This document shows, one piece after another, positions 31,036-32,000 of a stretch of 32,000 nucleotides of DNA (the first letter of the stretch is position 1; each line of letters opens with the position of its first letter). The notes beneath the pieces are model-generated. The model worked only from the letters and a program-made list of their open reading frames with translations, made no database searches and was not told the origin of the DNA. Source of the DNA: Sinorhizobium meliloti (GTDB taxonomy: Bacteria > Pseudomonadota > Alphaproteobacteria > Rhizobiales > Rhizobiaceae); contig NZ_JAGIOS010000004.1 of the NCBI RefSeq assembly GCF_017876815.1, positions 60,001 to 92,000 of the forward strand, in the 5' to 3' direction. The position numbers and the translations under genes were made by a program.

Positions 31036-32000
31036 ATGCAGGTTGGAAATGTGACGACGCCCTTCGGGCGGCGGTCGGTTACGCTTGCCCAAATTAAAGG
31101 GCAGATGCGGACGGCCGAAATAAAAGCCGGCAAGAAAGCCGACAAATGGAAGGTGTTTCACGACGCTTGCGATGCGAGGGCGGTGCTCGGCATCCAGGAC
31201 CGTGCTCTGGCGGTCCTGGATGCGCTGTTGACGTTCTACCCGGACAACGAGCTTTGCGAGGAGCGGGGTCTCGTTGTATTCCCGTCGAACGACCAGCTTT
31301 CGGTCCGCGCACACGGCATCGCCGGCACGACTCTGCGCCGGCATCTTGCCGCGCTTGTCGACGCCGGCCTGATCCAGCGCAAGGACAGCGCCAACGGTAA
31401 GCGCTACGCCCGGAAGGACGAAACTGGCGGAATCGAAGAGGCGTTCGGCTTCAGCCTAGCGCCGCTGCTTGCGCGCGCCGAGGAGCTCGCGCACGCCGCG
31501 CAGCAGGTGGCGGCCGAGCGCAAGCGGTTCCGCATCACTAAGGAAGCGCTGTCGATCTGCCGGCGCGACGTCCGCAAGTTGATCAGCGCTGCGGCAGAGG
31601 AGGGGGCTGCCGGCGACTGGGGACACATCGAGGAGATGTTCCTCGGCCTGACCGGGCGTATCCCCCGCACGCCGACGGTTGCCGACCTACAGCAAATCCT
31701 CGAGGAAATGGAGATGCTGCGCGAGGAAATCATCAACCGGCTGGAAATTCAGGAAAATTCCGAAAATATGGACAGCAATGCTGTTCAAAATGAACGTCAC
31801 TTACAGAATTCAAATACCGAATCCAGCAATGAACTTGAACCTAGCTCCGGAAAAGAGCAGGGGGCGAAATCGAGCCAAGCCATCCGGCCGACAAAAGAGC
31901 CGACAAAGGCATTTCCGCTTGGTATGGTGCTGCAGGCATGCCCAGGTATCCGCGACTATGGGCCGAGCGGTAATGTCGAAAGCTGGCGAGACCTGATGTC
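31036..32000 (+). CDS. repC: RepC replication initiator, N-terminal ~321 codons; continues beyond the window end
   Basis: The frame is open from the ATG at 31036 (after AAGGTGAAGGAA) to the window end. The translation reads MQVGNVTTPFGRRSVTLAQIKGQM..DKWKVFHDACDARAVLGIQDRALAVLDALLTFYPDNELCEERGLVVFPSNDQLSVRAHGIAGTTLRRHLAALVDAGLIQRKDSANGKRYARKDETGGIEEAFGFSLAPLLARAEEL... It is missing from the ORF track because it has no stop in the window. Confidence 0.9.
   Translation, partial: MQVGNVTTPFGRRSVTLAQIKGQMRTAEIKAGKKADKWKVFHDACDARAVLGIQDRALAVLDALLTFYPDNELCEERGLVVFPSNDQLSVRAHGIAGTTLRRHLAALVDAGLIQRKDSANGKRYARKDETGGIEEAFGFSLAPLLARAEELAHAAQQVAAERKRFRITKEALSICRRDVRKLISAAAEEGAAGDWGHIEEMFLGLTGRIPRTPTVADLQQILEEMEMLREEIINRLEIQENSENMDSNAVQNERHLQNSNTESSNELEPSSGKEQGAKSSQAIRPTKEPTKAFPLGMVLQACPGIRDYGPSGNVESWRDLM
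31741..31850. other. AT-rich stretch inside repC, candidate oriV
   Basis: There is a local drop in GC (..GGAAATTCAGGAAAATTCCGAAAATATGGACAGCAATGCTGTTCAAAATGAACG..AATTCAAATACCGAATCC..). In characterised repABC plasmids the origin lies in an AT-rich region within repC. Confidence 0.4.

Noticed and set aside
1-32000. A search for CRISPR arrays, tRNA/rRNA genes and long tandem repeats
   Set aside because: I saw no regularly spaced direct repeats, no cloverleaf-like candidates and no rRNA-like sequence. The repeats present are the IS termini, the target duplications and the paralogous IS/recombinase genes.

Overview
This window looks like an accessory region of a rhizobial-type repABC plasmid, and it falls into three zones.

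(1) Positions 1-13164 are an insertion-sequence graveyard next to decayed genes: a kamA-like partial gene, a mini-ORF carrying an LRDGEQ motif, and a fixK-like pseudogene. A 5'-truncated IS66-family element (IS66-A) carries a ~2.6 kb large-serine-recombinase element (copy X) inside its tnpC. X is split by a second IS66 element (IS66-B, 8-bp target duplication CGACGCCG). IS66-B in turn carries a second, intact recombinase element (copy Y) inside its tnpB, and a complete group II intron one nucleotide inside its terminal inverted repeat.

(2) Positions 13165-21571 hold two divergent operons for uptake and catabolism of an unidentified amino-acid or guanidino-type compound. They encode an amidase, a binding protein, a guanidino-modifying-fold enzyme, two permeases, a decayed M20 amidohydrolase, a class III aminotransferase, a GntR regulator, a BKACE-family enzyme and a thioesterase.

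(3) Positions 21572-32000 contain:
- an IS3 fragment;
- a third, decayed recombinase-element copy (Z) abutting a scrap of a fourth IS66 tnpC;
- an apparently intact IS66-C carrying a UPF0149/YecA-like passenger gene;
- inverted IS256 transposase scraps;
- a decayed Fic module with a VbhA-like partner;
- ardC, repA and repB, parS-like palindromes, a ctRNA candidate, and the 5' part of repC.

The most interesting signal is the recombinase element. All three copies lie antisense inside IS66 transposition genes, without target duplication. Two diverged copies (X and Z) sit at the same tnpC codon in different IS66 elements. All calls come from manual translation and motif recall; no database search was run.
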